A stretch of 64,000 nt of DNA, taken from positions 124,001 to 188,000 of the forward strand of contig NW_021836178.1 in assembly GCF_006345805.1 (NCBI RefSeq), given 5' to 3'. The notes below the pieces were generated by a model, which worked only from the letters and a program-made list of their open reading frames with translations, did not search any database and was not told where the DNA came from. Origin of the DNA: Octopus sinensis (taxonomy: Eukaryota). Of the stretch, positions 1 through 13,236 are shown one piece after another (the first letter of the stretch is position 1; every line of letters starts with the position of its first letter). Position numbers and translations under genes: made by a program.

Positions 1-599
1 GTATTGTAAGTCTCGTGTAATTAGTACTAAACCCACATTGGGCCATGCTTTTCAAAAATGTATTATTTATCAATATTTTTTTATTTTTTATTTAAAAATT
101 TTAAAAAAGTGGTTATGTCGAGTTATTATAATCCAATCAGGATACTCTCAGCCACGGTCCACAAATAGTGATGAATAGACTCAATGTTTATTATAAATAT
201 TCCACACCCATATGCTCTCAGGTCTGCAGTCTGATTTATTTAGTCGAGTGCTGTGCCCAGTCGGGATATACTCGACATTGCCACCAACGATCTGCCCGAC
301 TGGAGGAGTGTGAGTTTTGTGGAGAGAGGGATCAGTCCTCCAGTGGGGCTGGGAGATACTATACCTCCAAGTTGAGCAGTGGTGCATATTAACTGTAGGC
401 TAATAATGTCTATGAAACGACATCCGGAGCACTCATCCAGTCCAAGAGTCCCTCAAAAAGTCTTGAAACGGATTTTTGCTGTGTGTGCTCTTCGTGGTGT
501 GTTTCTGTCCTGGTTGTTACAACTAGTACAATGTTGAGTGCTCAAGGAAGGATGAATGTTGCTTTTCCCTTCTAAGGTCGTCCATTCCTCTTATTCTAG

Positions 600-1114
600 T
601 CATTATACTGCCTACAGCATTTAAATGATACAATTGAAGGACAGTTGGTTGACATTTCCGTCCTCAAAAGTGTCCATATTTCGGGAATGCTGATCAGACG
701 AGTCTTTCGAAAGATGTGAGAATGAGGAATGAGTCGTTGGTTGTCATTAGTTTTGGAGAATTGTCCTCGCCAAATATTGATAGCGGGAATTTAAACTTTA
801 CGGTGCAAATTGACATGTTGTTAGAACAGGCTGGATATGAGGGAATTCGGCACTGTTCGTATCCACTAGATCGAACTAGTAGGGGTCTATTGCATTTTCG
901 AATAACCGAAATGAATCAAAGACAACATTTCACTGTGTTTGATCAAACGGACCCAGAGAATGTGAAGAGATACGAGAGTGGGAGTACTGGTAATATTAGG
1001 AGATGGATTTATGAAAACAACGTACCACAAACCCAGTTAAATGACTATAATTTGACTCCAAGCATTGAAGGGTTGTTTGGGTTTACCAGTGAACGATTGA
1101 ATCAGCTAAATTAA
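600..1114 (+). CDS. 3' part of an unidentified multi-exon gene (hypothetical protein)
   Basis: Open terminal exon ending TAA at 1114; a plausible 35-nt GT-AG intron joins an upstream open frame (HLNDTIEGQLVDISV...RKI|FGELSSPNID). No homology recognised. Confidence 0.3.
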
Positions 1115-1124
1115 AATGGGTATA

Positions 1125-2610
1125 CAGTCAACTCTCTTTTTATTGCCACAACGGGACCGACAAAAATAGTGACAAAAAAGGAGGTGGTAAGAAGGAGGTT
1201 TAAAGGTTGAATGTCATCTTATCATGTTTTTTTAATTAGTTTGGTATTTTTTGTTTGGAACGGGTCAGAATAAAGAAAATAAGTTTTTATTTGAGAACAT
1301 TTTTAGGAACAACAGTTAAATAATCTAATAATGTTTTTTTCTTTTTCTCCGTTCCTTGTTTAGTATGTTTTCGATAGTTTGCAATGCAACTAAGCAATCA
1401 TTTGAAAAATATTCAGCCCAACAAAAAATGTTTTGAAATTGTTAAACTTATTCACATCTTCCAATTCAATTTTCGAATTTTCAGTATCTTCTATTTTCAT
1501 TTCTCAAGTTTTCGTCATTGTTAAGAATGCTGTCGTTCTAGTTCCCCCTGATCAGCTACATCAATAATGTTTACTTGATCTAGTAATTCTCCATATCCCT
1601 CAATTTCACACAAAAATCAATAATTCCACTCGTGAGGTCTGTTCTATTCCAGCAATTGTTGATGATCTTCAAAGAAATGTCACTCCAAACATATGATTTA
1701 AAAATTACTCATCTTTTATATTAATCTGTTTAATTAGCAATTCAGCAGGTATTTGGGAATCAATTTCGTTCACAACATTAAAGAGTTTAAACTGATAACA
1801 TCGAGACTTGAAGCACTCAATTATTCCTGGGTCAAATGGTCGTAATCTTGTTGAGTTTTTTGGAAGGAATAATACCTCAATAAATTTACTGTGTTAACTA
1901 ATTTTATGACTTGAAAAATTGTCCAACATAAATAATATTTTTCTTTTTAACTTCATATCTATATCCATCAACCATAAATTGAATTCTTTTGAAGTCATCC
2001 ACGAAGTTTGGTTTTATAAATATCCATAAAATGCTGAATAATTGAAGTTTTTGAATTTTCTAAGTTTTTTGAATTTTCCAATTATAAAGGAAATTGGTTT
2101 TTCACTCCCATCGCTATTAAAGCAAAATAGAACTGTTATTCTTTCCTTGTATTTTTTATATCCAGATCTGATTTTCGAATACTCTTTGAAAAAGCAAGCT
2201 CATAAGAGTGCGGTCTCACCACAGTTAAATATGTCTGAAGGTTTGCATGGAATAAATTTTTCTTGAGAATATAAAATAAAGTCATCATAGTTACAATCTT
2301 TTTTTTCAAATCCTTCGTCATTACATGCTCTCATATGAATTTTGTGACGTTTTTTAAATTTCACACCCAGCCATTAAATACATCAGTTTCATTTGAATTG
2401 GAACACACATTTCCATATAAGGACTTTGCTTTTTCCGTGAGGATTGCATCATTATAAAAGCCACCACCAGCTTCAACCATATTGACCCACTCCTTTAACT
2501 CAATAGTTTTGAATTTCAGATTTCGTGGTATAGAATTCAAATTTTCATTAGCAAAAGATTCTTTAGCTCTACTTCATTATCAAGATAATTTTTAATAGAT
2601 CGACGTTTGA
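1125..2610 (-). mobile_element. Degenerate Tigger/pogo DNA transposon, interrupted by an RTE LINE
   Basis: TA|CAGTCAACTCTC terminus at 1125; minus-strand remnants of CENP-B HTH and DDE motifs with multiple stops. Other TIR not found. Confidence 0.55.
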
Positions 2611-5045
2611 TTATTATTATTATTAAAAGCACTCCCGAGAAGTCATAAAACTAATTAAGCTTCCCTTGTGCCGCGTGAACAACAATACTGTCCCACAACC
2701 TTCTCCAGGTGCCTCTCCTCTTTGCCAATTCTCTCAGGTTGTCGAGATCATCAGCAGTTTCGAGTTTCCTCCCGATAGTTTTGAGATCCTGATTTAGCAC
2801 CGATGGAAGTGTCGTCCTTGGTCTTCCTCGGAATGCGTCTCCGCATTGCATGAAATATGTTTCCATAGCAATGTTAGCAGGAGTGGCGACATCCATCCGC
2901 AGAATATGGCCAAATAGCCTCCATCGTGATTTCAGGATTTCGATCGAAAGAATTTCTGAGTTGCATAATTTGTATAGGTTGTCGTTTGTGATCTTCTGCG
3001 GGTAGCGGATGTTGAGTGCTGCTCGTAATTGAGATCTATGAAAACTGTCTAGTTTCTGATTTTCCAATTTTGTGAGTCCCCAGGTTCCACAGTTGTAGCT
3101 AAGGATTGGCAATACGAACGAGTTGTATATCCTTATTTTCGTTTTTCCAGTTAGCTTCTTTTTAGTTCCCCATAAAGACATAAGCTTTCTAAAGGCTCCA
3201 TTTGAAAGGATTTTCCTTCGGGTAACATCCTCTGTGTCTCCCAGGAGCGTTCCCAACTTTTTGTGCCTTCTCCATTATTCATCAATGCGTCTTTCCGATC
3301 GTCTTAAGGATATATATTCGGTTTTTTCAGTGTTCACAGTGGGAAACCATTTTTCGAATTTGTTCGGGAGCATATTATATATATTTGAGAATTTCTCCGT
3401 CGTCCGACACAAAGTCCAAGTCATCTGCGTAGGATATCTCGTGATAATCATTTTTTATGACTGATTTAAAGTCCCTCAGAGCGGCCTCAAGATACACAAT
3501 AAAAAGCACGGAACACCCCGTGTTGTTTCGAAGTATCATGATGTCGTCTTTCCGACTTTAACGGCAAGTTGGGTATTCACTAGGAGAAGGTTTATCATTT
3601 TTGTTTCGTCTGAATGGAGGAAGCTCTTTAATACTTCCATAAGGAGCCCTATGTGAATGGAGTCGAAGGCCCGAGTCATGTCTACCCCAAGAATTTCAAT
3701 ACACTTTTTATATTTTTGGCACAGGGCACCAGTCCATCTGTATGTCCAAATTACATCAGCTGTTGATCTTCCCTCCCTGAATCCACTCTGTCCATGGGAT
3801 AGAAAACTGTTTACTCGGTCTTTGATTCTGGTCAGTATGATTAGCGATAATATCTTTCTCAATGTTGATAGCAGAATAATCGGCCTCAGGTTGCCAGGAG
3901 GTCCTCTCGGTTTCCCGGATTTTAGTAGTGGAATTAGCAATCCTTTTCCAATATCTAGGTTTCCGTTTTCTTTAATTGCTTTGTTCAGTATGTGTGTGAT
4001 CACTTTGGCCAGCTCGATTGGTCCAAACTTGAGGAGCTCTGCAGGAATGTCGTTTGGTCCGGGGGACATTTTGCAGTTTAATTTCTTAATGGCATCCATA
4101 GTTTCTGTAATATTAATAGGACTGATTATTCGAGTGTCTTGAATGTTCAGAATTTCATTGACTTCACTATTTTGGTTGAAGATTTCGTGAAAATATTCCA
4201 AAATGATTGCAGTTTTTTCAGATTCACTAATGACTGTTCTTCCAAGTTTATCATGCACAGTAATATGGTTTATTCTTTTTCCTTTGTTTATTAAACGAAC
4301 AGCTTTAAACATCCTCGTTCCATCCTTGTATTTTTCAATTTCAGCCACTTGCTCCTCGACTTCTTTTCGTAATTGACGTTTTTGTATTGTTTTGATTTTT
4401 GTTAATATTCTTCCACGTTGTGTCTTCAGTTCCCTTTTCCTATTTACCGTCAATGTTTTGTTTAGCTCGAGCCTGAGTCTTTTCTGTTCAATTGAAAGAG
4501 ATTCGATTTCCAGATTATTGTGCAGGTATTTTCTTTTATGAACAGGTCCCAAAATAGATAATGAGGTCTTCTTCATTGCAAGAACAGTCTCCGTCCATAT
4601 CATGTTTGCCGGCTGGCTTATGTCAATTTTATTAATTTCTCTTCTGAGATTTTCACTGTACTTAGTTCTCTTTGATTTGTCGTAAACAAGTTTCTCTGTG
4701 TCGATGGTTTCCATTTGTCCTGTTCTTTGTACACCAACTGTCCCATGTAATCTCTTTAAAACAATCCTAGTCACAACCAGTTTATAATCACTGCTGGTTT
4801 CAAGGCCATCATAGGATCTCGCGTCTGACAATATGTTTTTCATAATTCTTCTGCATAGGATGTAGTCAATCTGGTTATAAATCGGGTAAATGTTTCCGTT
4901 TTTGTCTTTTCTTGCTCCTGTCCAGGCTCGGTGGTCGAAGGCGGTGTTCGATATGAAAAGGTCAAATGCCGAACAGAATTGAATTAAGGACTCTCCGCAA
5001 GAGTTTCTGCGATTTCTCCCATGCGACCCAATGCAGGTCTCTCCA
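2611..5045 (-). mobile_element. RTE-clade non-LTR retrotransposon, 5'-truncated (APE C-terminus + RT), (TAA)n tail
   Basis: NQIDYIL (APE end), RPIILL, QSGFREGRS, FDS, ILSYNCGTW, RGRPRTT motifs in ORFs 3536-4843 and 2651-3256; tail TTATTATTATTATT at 2611-2624. Confidence 0.9.
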
Positions 5046-5434
5046 AACCAATTCCTTCTTGAATAGCAAAAAAATTATTTCGGAAACTTTAGTATGTTTT
5101 AGATTTTTCTTTTAAATTCAGAGATTTAGAGCAATTATTAATTATCGGCGACATAGTTTTTCTAATATAAATGATTCACCAAAAGACGAGATAAAAACAC
5201 GTGATTAATTTTTTAATCAATTAATTAACTAAATTAATTAATAAACATTAATAATAAATTTAATAAGCATGAAAAAAGTAGTAAAATAGAAAAATGATAA
5301 AAATGGAAAAACATAAGGAATTTCAATTTTTTCGGCGAAAAAAGGAGAGTGGAAATCATAGAGGTAGTAAATTTTGGAGGTTTGACTGTATTCCTTTATT
5401 ATCAGAGGATCAGTAATCTTCATTTTTTATAATA

Positions 5435-6042
5435 TGTCGCGAGCGCAGCGAGCGACCGAGCGCAGCGAGCGACCACTCAATTTCTAGATCCGATCAATCA
5501 ACAAATCTATAAATTGACAAATACCCAGGCTGGTATTTGGGTTTAAATATATTCGATAACAAAATTTAAAATCGATGCCAAAGCAGAATGAGCTTTAAAA
5601 CCGATTTCATAAATAAAAATAATATTTTAAAATTTATAATGGATATTTTAGAATAATGAGAAAAAATCTAAATGCTTCATAATTTATTAAAATGTCAAAA
5701 CAAGAATCTTCTGAAGGAGCAAGCCTGTCTGCACAGTTCATTTTTGATTAGAAGACCTAATTTTAGAGATTAAAACGAAAAAATAGCAATGAGATCTGTT
5801 AAATTATTACCCCCCTCACAACCTAAACCAAATTAGCGTTCAGTATTCATTGATTTTACTTTTTCTATTAAGGTCTACTTATAAATTATTTTATGGGATT
5901 CAATGGAAAACTTAAGTTATTTCAATTTTAATTTTAAATCATGTTAAAATTTTAAATAATTTAATAAATATATTTGTTGATGACAGGCTTGTTAGCTGTC
6001 AAAGTCGCGTCTAGCGCTCGGTCGCGCGCTGCGCTCGCGACA
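5435..6042. mobile_element. Non-autonomous MITE-like element with TGT...ACA GC-rich TIRs
   Basis: Left TGTCGCGAGCGCAGCGAGCGACCGAGCGC vs reverse complement of right end TGTCGCGAGCGCAGCGCGCGACCGAGCGC; TA on both flanks. Confidence 0.75.
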
Positions 6043-6089
6043 TAATATTAATATTCTAATTGGCTGGGCATCCTGACTGCAGATCAATT

Positions 6090-7260
6090 TGGCATGTCTG
6101 AAACAATTCAGCATCGTGCTTTCGCCAATTTTATTTCAAGCAAGATCAATGTTGCATCTCTTAGTGTTATTTCTTTATAGACCAATAACAGATCATGTTC
6201 AGCTCCAATGCTTTGAATGATATTTATTTATTAACTCCAAGATCACCGAGAAAGATAGGTCAAAACTAACTAATTAGGCGATCCCTGCCTCCAACAACAG
6301 CCGGACTCTCCTTACATGGTCTTCTGATGACCCAACCGTTTCCCGGAAACGCCTTCTCTTCCTTCTGCAAAGGAACTCAATCGGCGTGCATTTCTTTATA
6401 ACCGACCGAAATTCCTCTGCATGGGCCACCTTTTCCTTGAATGGGTTTCCCAGTTCCTTGCAGAAACGTAGGAAACCCTGACCATTCTTCCGCGTCGCCT
6501 CCTCGGAAACAAGCCTGCCAACTGAGGTGTCAGTGTGGAGCATAATCGTCCTTCTGAGTGAGTTCAAACGTTCTGCTTTGAACAAGCAATTGCAAACCTT
6601 TAGGCTGAGCAGGCATACTCAAGCGTCGGGGCTATCACTTGTTGGTAGACCTTGCTGACACAATCTTCCAGGGGGAAGGGACTCTTCTTTAACAGCGCTT
6701 TCAAGACGTTCCACTCTCGAAGACCTTTAGCTAGAACCTCCTCTACGTGACTTGAGAACGTCATTAAGGAGTCGAAAACTACGCCAAGGATCTTCTGGGT
6801 ACGCGAAGGGGGAATAGGATTGTTTCCAATGAATAGTTCCAGTCCATCTTAAATCTTCTATCAGTATTGAAAAGTGTGAACTGGGATTTAGATGCAGACA
6901 CACACATCATATTTGCAGATAGCCAATCACATACACGGTTGAGGTGTGACTAGACCATTGCAACAGCCACAGGAGATTTATCTCTTGCAGCGATAATCAG
7001 GTCGTCCGCATGGGATAAAAACATAATGTCTGGGTCATTAGTAATGGGTAGGTCATGTAGAAATAGGTTAAAAAGGAGAGGAGATAAAGGGGAGCCTTGT
7101 GGGACACCATTGGGTAGTAGTCTTGATTTGAAGTAGTATATACGGACCCTTTGATGTTCGGATGTAAGTTCGAATCGAATATCTTCCGCGTTAGAAGTTT
7201 CCTCGTGACAGAATCCGTTTGAATGACATTGTTTAGTTTAATATTCTTAAATTGATATTT
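6090..7260 (-). mobile_element. Degenerate I/jockey-like LINE RT 3' fragment
   Basis: Minus-strand HLNRVCDWLSANMMCVSASKSQFTLF and KILGVVFDSLMTFSSHVEEV with frameshifts; GC-richer than flanks. Confidence 0.7.
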
Positions 7261-7743
7261 AAATAAATGAACCTGACTAACTTTTTTCATTTAGTTCAAT
7301 TTCTAGCAGCGAGCAACGTCATGATATGTAAGAGTTATGGTTTCCCCTACAACTCAAGGAGTCAGTTCGGCTTGGTGTTTGATTAAGGATGGGAATTAAG
7401 ATTTTTTGCATTTATCGTTGCCGTTATGGTAGGTATTTTTTATGCACGGTATCCACGGTCGTGTATAAGTGCCAACAAAATTCTTTGTCCCTAAACCACG
7501 TTGTCCAATAGGCTCTCTGCTTTGTTGATTTCTCGTCGATACTGCGGCCGAAAACGCCTGGTTGGAATGAGCATGTACATTTTTGATGAAAGCAAGCCTC
7601 TCTTCTGGGACTTTACATGCCCCCAGATTTTTTATAAATCAAATTTGATTTATATATTATACTAATTCAGACAAAATAATAATTTTAGTCTGGCTGGCCT
7701 ATAATATTGAAAGATATAAATTTATGTAAATTATTCGTCAGTT

Positions 7744-8348
7744 ATGTTATTCGCGTTATATTTGTTCGTGTTTTCTAACTGTGCTGATTTACACAGTGAT
7801 CTAGATGAAAAACACTCAAATAATATTGAATTCTATCTCCCGGAGACTGGTATATAAATGTTAAAATAAAATTACACTGCTTGACTTTACGTATTTATTA
7901 GGTCACAAAAAATCAGATGCTCTCTTTCAAGAAATGCAAATTTTATTAATTCAAAAAGCTATAGTAAGTCAGTCTTATTTTATTTTAAAAGTTGGAAAAA
8001 GTAGTGGAATTGTCTTTTGATGATTTTATGAACTATGTTCAAAAAGGCGAAATGATTTGGGTTATCTATTTCTGGGACAGGAATTCGGGACAAAATTGCA
8101 CTTACATTAAAGACACATTGGAAACTGTGGCCGAAGATGTTGAACCCAAAATCGGAACAGTCGATGTTTCCCAGAACACCACGTATTTCAAACAATTTAA
8201 AGTTGACTTGTTTTGACTATCATGCATTTAGAGAACCATATCCCCAGCAATATTTTTATTCAAAAACGGAAAACACAAAAGATATAGAAAAACACTTTTT
8301 AAGGACAGACCGAATCCATTGATCCAATGGATAAAACGCCAAATTTAA
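7744..8348 (+). CDS. Secreted thioredoxin-fold protein lacking CxxC (4 exons), copy 1
   Basis: Signal-like MLFALYLFVFSNCA; three GT-AG introns restore VVELSFDDF...WVIYFW...IGTVDVSQN...PAIFLFKNGK...LIQWIKRQI*. Confidence 0.6.
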
Positions 8349-8918
8349 TTAAAGCTAAACTAACATATTTTAATATGGGGATTTTTTTCTTTGGTTAATA
8401 AATCGAGTTTAACATTAACGTTATTTTTAATTTGAATGACAACTGCGAATACTCTGTTTTAAAGACACAATTATATTCATTTAATAGGGAATAATTATCC
8501 TTTAACAAAGGAACTGTCATAAACTTAAATTCTCAAACCATCGTTTATTTTGATAAAAAAAGTAGCTTGCAATTGATTATTGATTGGCATTTAGAAAACG
8601 ATTTCATAAGCAACAAAGCACAAGACTATATTCACGTGTAAGTCGTGACTTGTCGACAAAATAGGATTTTGGGTTAATAAAAGAGGTTGAAATGACCTAC
8701 ATCAAATAAGTCAGTAAATTGAATTTATTCATTTTCAATCAGCTTCTTTTCTCAGTTAATGTCTCGATACAGAATCCAGGGAATCGCCGGTTAGAACGAC
8801 AAGACAAATTGAAAACTAACCAGATATGTTAATAGGAGTGTTAGTTCAGAGAGTGAGATCACATAACAAACACATTGGTAGGTTTAGAGTAGTTGGTGGG
8901 GATGATTGACCTATCCAG

Positions 8919-9910
8919 TTAACACCACGCTGACTTGTTTATGTTCTGATTTAAAACAGACGGCATTCTGACAGATTTTGACCCCGCGTTAGGGAAGAAT
9001 ACATTACTATTCCGTACGGGCTTGTTTCCGGTCTTGACAGGATCAGGCATGTGAGGAGGAAAGACAGAGAACGTGCCTGCCTTCATTCCTCCGTCCTTCC
9101 TTTAAACGCACATATTACTTTTTTGGCTGGTGAAGAGTATTTGAAGACTTGGTCAATTTTGGGGGACTTTTCTTCCTTATAGAGGGGACCCTGTATGGTG
9201 GAGGCGAAGGGGTTGGGGTCGAAGTAGGGGTGTGAACGAGCCTCAACTTTGAAGACATTCCCTTTGACTAGTTTTTTATGCTCCTGAGAATCTTTCTATT
9301 TATCAAGAACGGGGAATGACCAATTTCTGTTGTTTGTAGTTCTCGTAGGGTTCGGGGGAAGACTTTGGGTAGGGATTGAAACACACATTGGCATATCTAA
9401 GACATGACGGTGACCATGACCCATAGCCGGTCCCTTCTTTATATTATTAGTCAAAAAATTCTTTTCTTTGGTTTTTGTGCTTTTTCTTTCATTGTACTGA
9501 GGACTGAAGTATTGCACTCTTCCTCCAAATGAGCCCAAATAGCTCCCCGTGCTTGCTCTTTCTATTAGAATCAGTCGTTTCTACAGCTTTTTTCCTGTCC
9601 CAGAGTCCAGAAAGGGTTTGCCGACTTGTAGTTTGAGTCCCTCATTTCGGAGTATCCTCCGTCTTTTGATTCCGTCTGAGTAAGACTCACCCTCAAACAC
9701 GCGGTCAAATTTATTGGAGAAATATCCGTCGAGTTGTCCACACCGACTCTTTGCGAACTGCACAGTGAATTGTCTCCCTTTGTAGGCAGAGTTGTTGAAC
9801 TCCACTACGGCTATTGACTCTCAAATACATTTTTTGGGGACGTAAGGGTCCCCTATTGTAGTGTAGCCACTTTCTTTAAAAATGCCAAGCTTTTCCAAAT
9901 CGTTTTTCAT
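8919..9910 (-). CDS. CFAP96: UPF0602/C4orf47 (CFAP96)-like ciliary protein, copy 1; one homopolymer frameshift near 9437
   Basis: MKNDLEKLGIFKESGYTTIGDPYV, GYFSNKFDRVFEGESY, GSYLGSFGG, KKGTGYGYAN, GGMKAGTF match C4orf47-family motifs; five 21-27 nt introns. Confidence 0.85.
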
Positions 9911-10139
9911 TGTAGCTTAGAAACATATTTTTAATTTAAAGGTAATCGGTGAATATATTTATTATTTTTGTGGTATTATGAGTAATTTTCAACATGTCGT
10001 TATACTGCATTTTTTAATTTGTCAACTAAGAAGGGATTCTGTTTCGGGAAATAATCACGACCAGCCCCGACGACACAACACGCACAATTCGAGAATAATT
10101 ATTACTCAACCACACCAGACGTTACTTTTAAATCTCTAT

Positions 10140-11030
10140 TTATGAATGCAATTACCTACCGGGAAGGGCGCCATCGTACAGTGGAAGAACTTACAGAGAC
10201 ATTGAAGGGGTGGGTTGTGGTCACGAGTAAATAGGGAAGTCCTTTGCATGTCATTCTAACTGCCTTTTGTGGGCCACAGGAGTTATATGTCACAAGTATT
10301 GTTGAGTATGTCTTTTTATAGAACTGACTGGTCAGTGAGTGGTGTTGAGGACACTCTGGGTATTGGGGTATCTGTTCTTTGTAGTCAGGTTTTTTGTCTC
10401 GCTTTTTCCACTATCCATGCTTCATAACAGTGGGGACGAACATGGGGTATATTCTCCACTCAAATGTGAGGGAGATAACGTACATGTGCAGTCTGTGAGT
10501 TAATCTTGTCTTATATTCCCAGAATGCAAGTCCCTGACCAGTCTGGTGGGTATAGTTGTATAGTCGTTACTTTCACTAAAATTCTACCGAGGGGGCATTA
10601 AAGGAGGAATTGTGTTATTTTCCGTTTTGTACTGTTCTAGAATATTGTCCAGATGTGCTACTTTTCAGTTCAGACAAACATTACAGATCTCCCTAACAAG
10701 TCTCCCACTCCATGAATAAAAAACGTAATAAGAAGGAGGATGTGTGGTTCGATTGGAAGGGGGTTGAGGGGTCGATGGTGGTGTGTTATCAGTGGGGGCA
10801 GACATTCCACTCGTACTGCGTGGACAGTGGGAATGTCGTCGAATGGAGTTTTCTAGACTGCACTGTGTGCTTGATGTGTAATACTGCTGAGAATAAATCA
10901 GGCTTTCTGATGTGTAATGACTTCATTAAGACACCACAATTGTTTTCTTCTCCTTCCACTCCACTCTGTCCTTTCTGGAGTGTGGAAATGTCGTTCTTGA
11001 GGTCGTTCTGTGTACTGTGGCTCAATGGAA
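10140..11030 (-). pseudogene. Unidentified GC-richer coding-like segment, broken in both duplicate copies
   Basis: Open stretches (NLDNILEQYKTENNTIPPLMPPR) and short GT-AG intervals; no family recognised. Confidence 0.25.
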
Positions 11031-11038
11031 GCTTATTA

Positions 11039-11740
11039 TGTCGCGAGCCGAGCGCGCGAGCGAGCCAAGCAAGTCGACACCTGTCATCCATATAATTTCC
11101 TGAGACCTGTACTCAATAATGAGGAAGTCGATTTTCAAAAACATAAAAAGTATCGACTCAAAAAGAAAACAGAAAATTTCCTAATTAAAAAAGGGAAACA
11201 ATATCCTAGAAATGTAAACGTCCTAGAAAATGTAAACAGCTTAGAAGAGATGAAAATAATTGCACGTGAGATTCATGAAGCCAATCATTGTGGACATAAT
11301 GCTTTGGAAGCCTTATGTAGGCAAAGATTTTTATATTGAGGCGACAGATCATTTGCTAAGTTGTTAAAAATGCAATATCTGCAAATTTTCAATTTCAGTA
11401 AAACAATATGATGATTCAACTCATATTGTTGCTGATTCGCCTAATATAATAAAATGTTTCAAGTAGATTTAATTGATCTTAAACGATATAAAATTAGCTT
11501 ATTTTGTAAATTTAAAAATGAAAACAACGATTTTTCTTAGTTAATGTCTGTAATAGACGTACATTCGAAATATGCGTTTACAAGGAGTCTTAAAAATAAA
11601 AGTGTAGTAAAGGTGGCGACTAATCTAAATGATATTCTTATGGATTTTGGTCCCAGCAAGTTTCTTCTAGCAGACAACGGAACAGAATTCTGAACTTCAA
11701 TACACTCCCGAAACTAACAATAAATGTTTTTAGTTCAACT
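11039..11740 (+). mobile_element. Degenerate Ginger-like (Gypsy-type integrase) element
   Basis: TA|TGTCGCGAGC terminus related to the 5435 MITE; H-x3-H, QVDLIDL, VIDVHSKY and DNGTEF remnants with stops. Confidence 0.7.
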
Positions 11741-11849
11741 AAAGATAAATTCGAATTCAACTAAAATAAATTCTTCGTATTATGAGAATAAACAGGAAGA
11801 TGGGAATGCATGTGTCAAAATATGAATCAATCATAGGAGATATAGTATT

Positions 11850-12710
11850 TATTACAGTCAAAACCCTATACTTGCTGCAATGTGCCTACCAAAGAAGGGG
11901 AATTGTTTTTGAAGTGTTGGGACTGTGCTTGGTCGGGTGATGGGCGAGTGATGACTAGAGCGATAATATAAGGAATCAAGTGGAGGCAGAAGTGATGATT
12001 AGTCTGGGCTACACCTGTCCCACTTGTCGAGAGATGCCGACTGATGAACTGAAATATGAAATATGTCTAACGGAGAAGGGACATGACTATTTCTGCAATA
12101 ATTATTCGACTTGAAAAGCAAAATGTGATCACAAGGAGGACATTCAGGCCGTGGGTGGCTATGTAGTTTGCACACGAATAGAGGGTTAGTGAATGTCATC
12201 ATTGTAGGGCAGGAGGAGCAGCAAGAAGATATTGTTGGATAAAGCATATCCTCCACATATTCGAGTATTGTGGTTGGTGGCATTGCAAGAATGGTTTCTT
12301 GGGCATAGCTGACACGACTGAGAATCACCCGTCTTCCCAGTCTGTCACAACTCGGCAAATGAAGAACCATCACCCCCATTCCTTAGTTGTCGACACTACC
12401 CAGAGAGGAACGAAATAGATATATTTGCGAGTCGGCTGATGTCTAGTGCACAATGTCTGGAAAACGCTTAAATTCACTCTTGCGATTATCTATCGTCACT
12501 TTTAATGTCAGGGGAATCTCCAATACACATAAATAAAAACAATTGTGCCAAGATTTTGAGAGATACAATGTATCAATCGCATGTAATCAAGAGTCAAAGG
12601 TCTTGGAATGAGCTGATGAATTACATGGAAACTACCATCTAATCCTACTTCCCAGGATATCGAAGCACTATGGGCAGAAATTCGCTGTCCATAAGACTCT
12701 AGACTCTGCC
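11850..12710 (+). mobile_element. 5' region and APE start of an RTE-like LINE (degenerate)
   Basis: Plus-strand LSIVTFNVRGI...ACNQESK...HYGQKFAV, typical endonuclease N-terminus, with stops. Confidence 0.65.
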
Positions 12711-13134
12711 TGATCTGCCTTGACTGTATTCCGTTCGTACATTCCGGGGACTAAGGAGAAGAGAGTGAACTGTCCTCGATATCCCCGCCCTATCGAGCCA
12801 CTCCCGAGTCCCCCCAGAGGGCAGCCTGCGCTGAGAGTGCTGTCTTACCGTAAATTGATTTCAGAGGGACGGGCTTGAAAATGTTCATTATTGGCCTCCT
12901 TCCCTGAAAGGTTTCGGAAATAGTCTGGAATAATGTCCTGGACTATATTTATAACACTTGTCTCATTCCAATCCAAAAAAACTTGATTACTTGTGCCCAG
13001 GTGGGGGGTTGTGATGGTTTGAAGGGGGAATTAAAGGTCTGACTCCGAGGAATTCTCCACCCAAAACTGGGAATGCCATTGTTTTGGGCAATTTGGTAAT
13101 ACAAATCAGTACTTGCATTCGTAAGAACATTCAT
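12710..13134 (-). pseudogene. GBA2: 5' fragment of non-lysosomal glucosylceramidase, copy 1
   Basis: IPSFGWRI...PVPLKSIY|[20 protein letters not shown]...[13 protein letters not shown] after removing a 23-nt intron; truncated by the LINE piece. Confidence 0.8.
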
Positions 13135-13236
13135 TCGATATTTTTATTATTTTTCAAATTTAGGTTTTTTTTAAATTAATTTAATAATATATTTTACATA
13201 AAGTTTGTTAATAAATTAATATTTCCATAACATATA

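Noticed and set aside
3657-4142. 161-aa plus-strand ORF (and similar shadows at 49964, 55468, 55755)
   Set aside because: Antisense shadows of RT or endonuclease ORFs.
5440-5472. Plasmid-like GAGCGCAGCGAG (vector contamination)
   Set aside because: Forms part of a TIR pair shared with other genomic elements.
9581-9805. RRM-like ending (FNNSAYKGRQFTVQFAK)
   Set aside because: It is an exon of the CFAP96/C4orf47-like gene.
10520-10570. Retroviral env-like motif YPPDWSGTCILG on the minus strand
   Set aside because: Frame is full of stops, and the duplicate reads WSGTRILR; no other env or LTR features.
11999-12379. 126-aa minus-strand ORF identical in both duplicates
   Set aside because: Antisense to a LINE 5' region; identity reflects the recent duplication.
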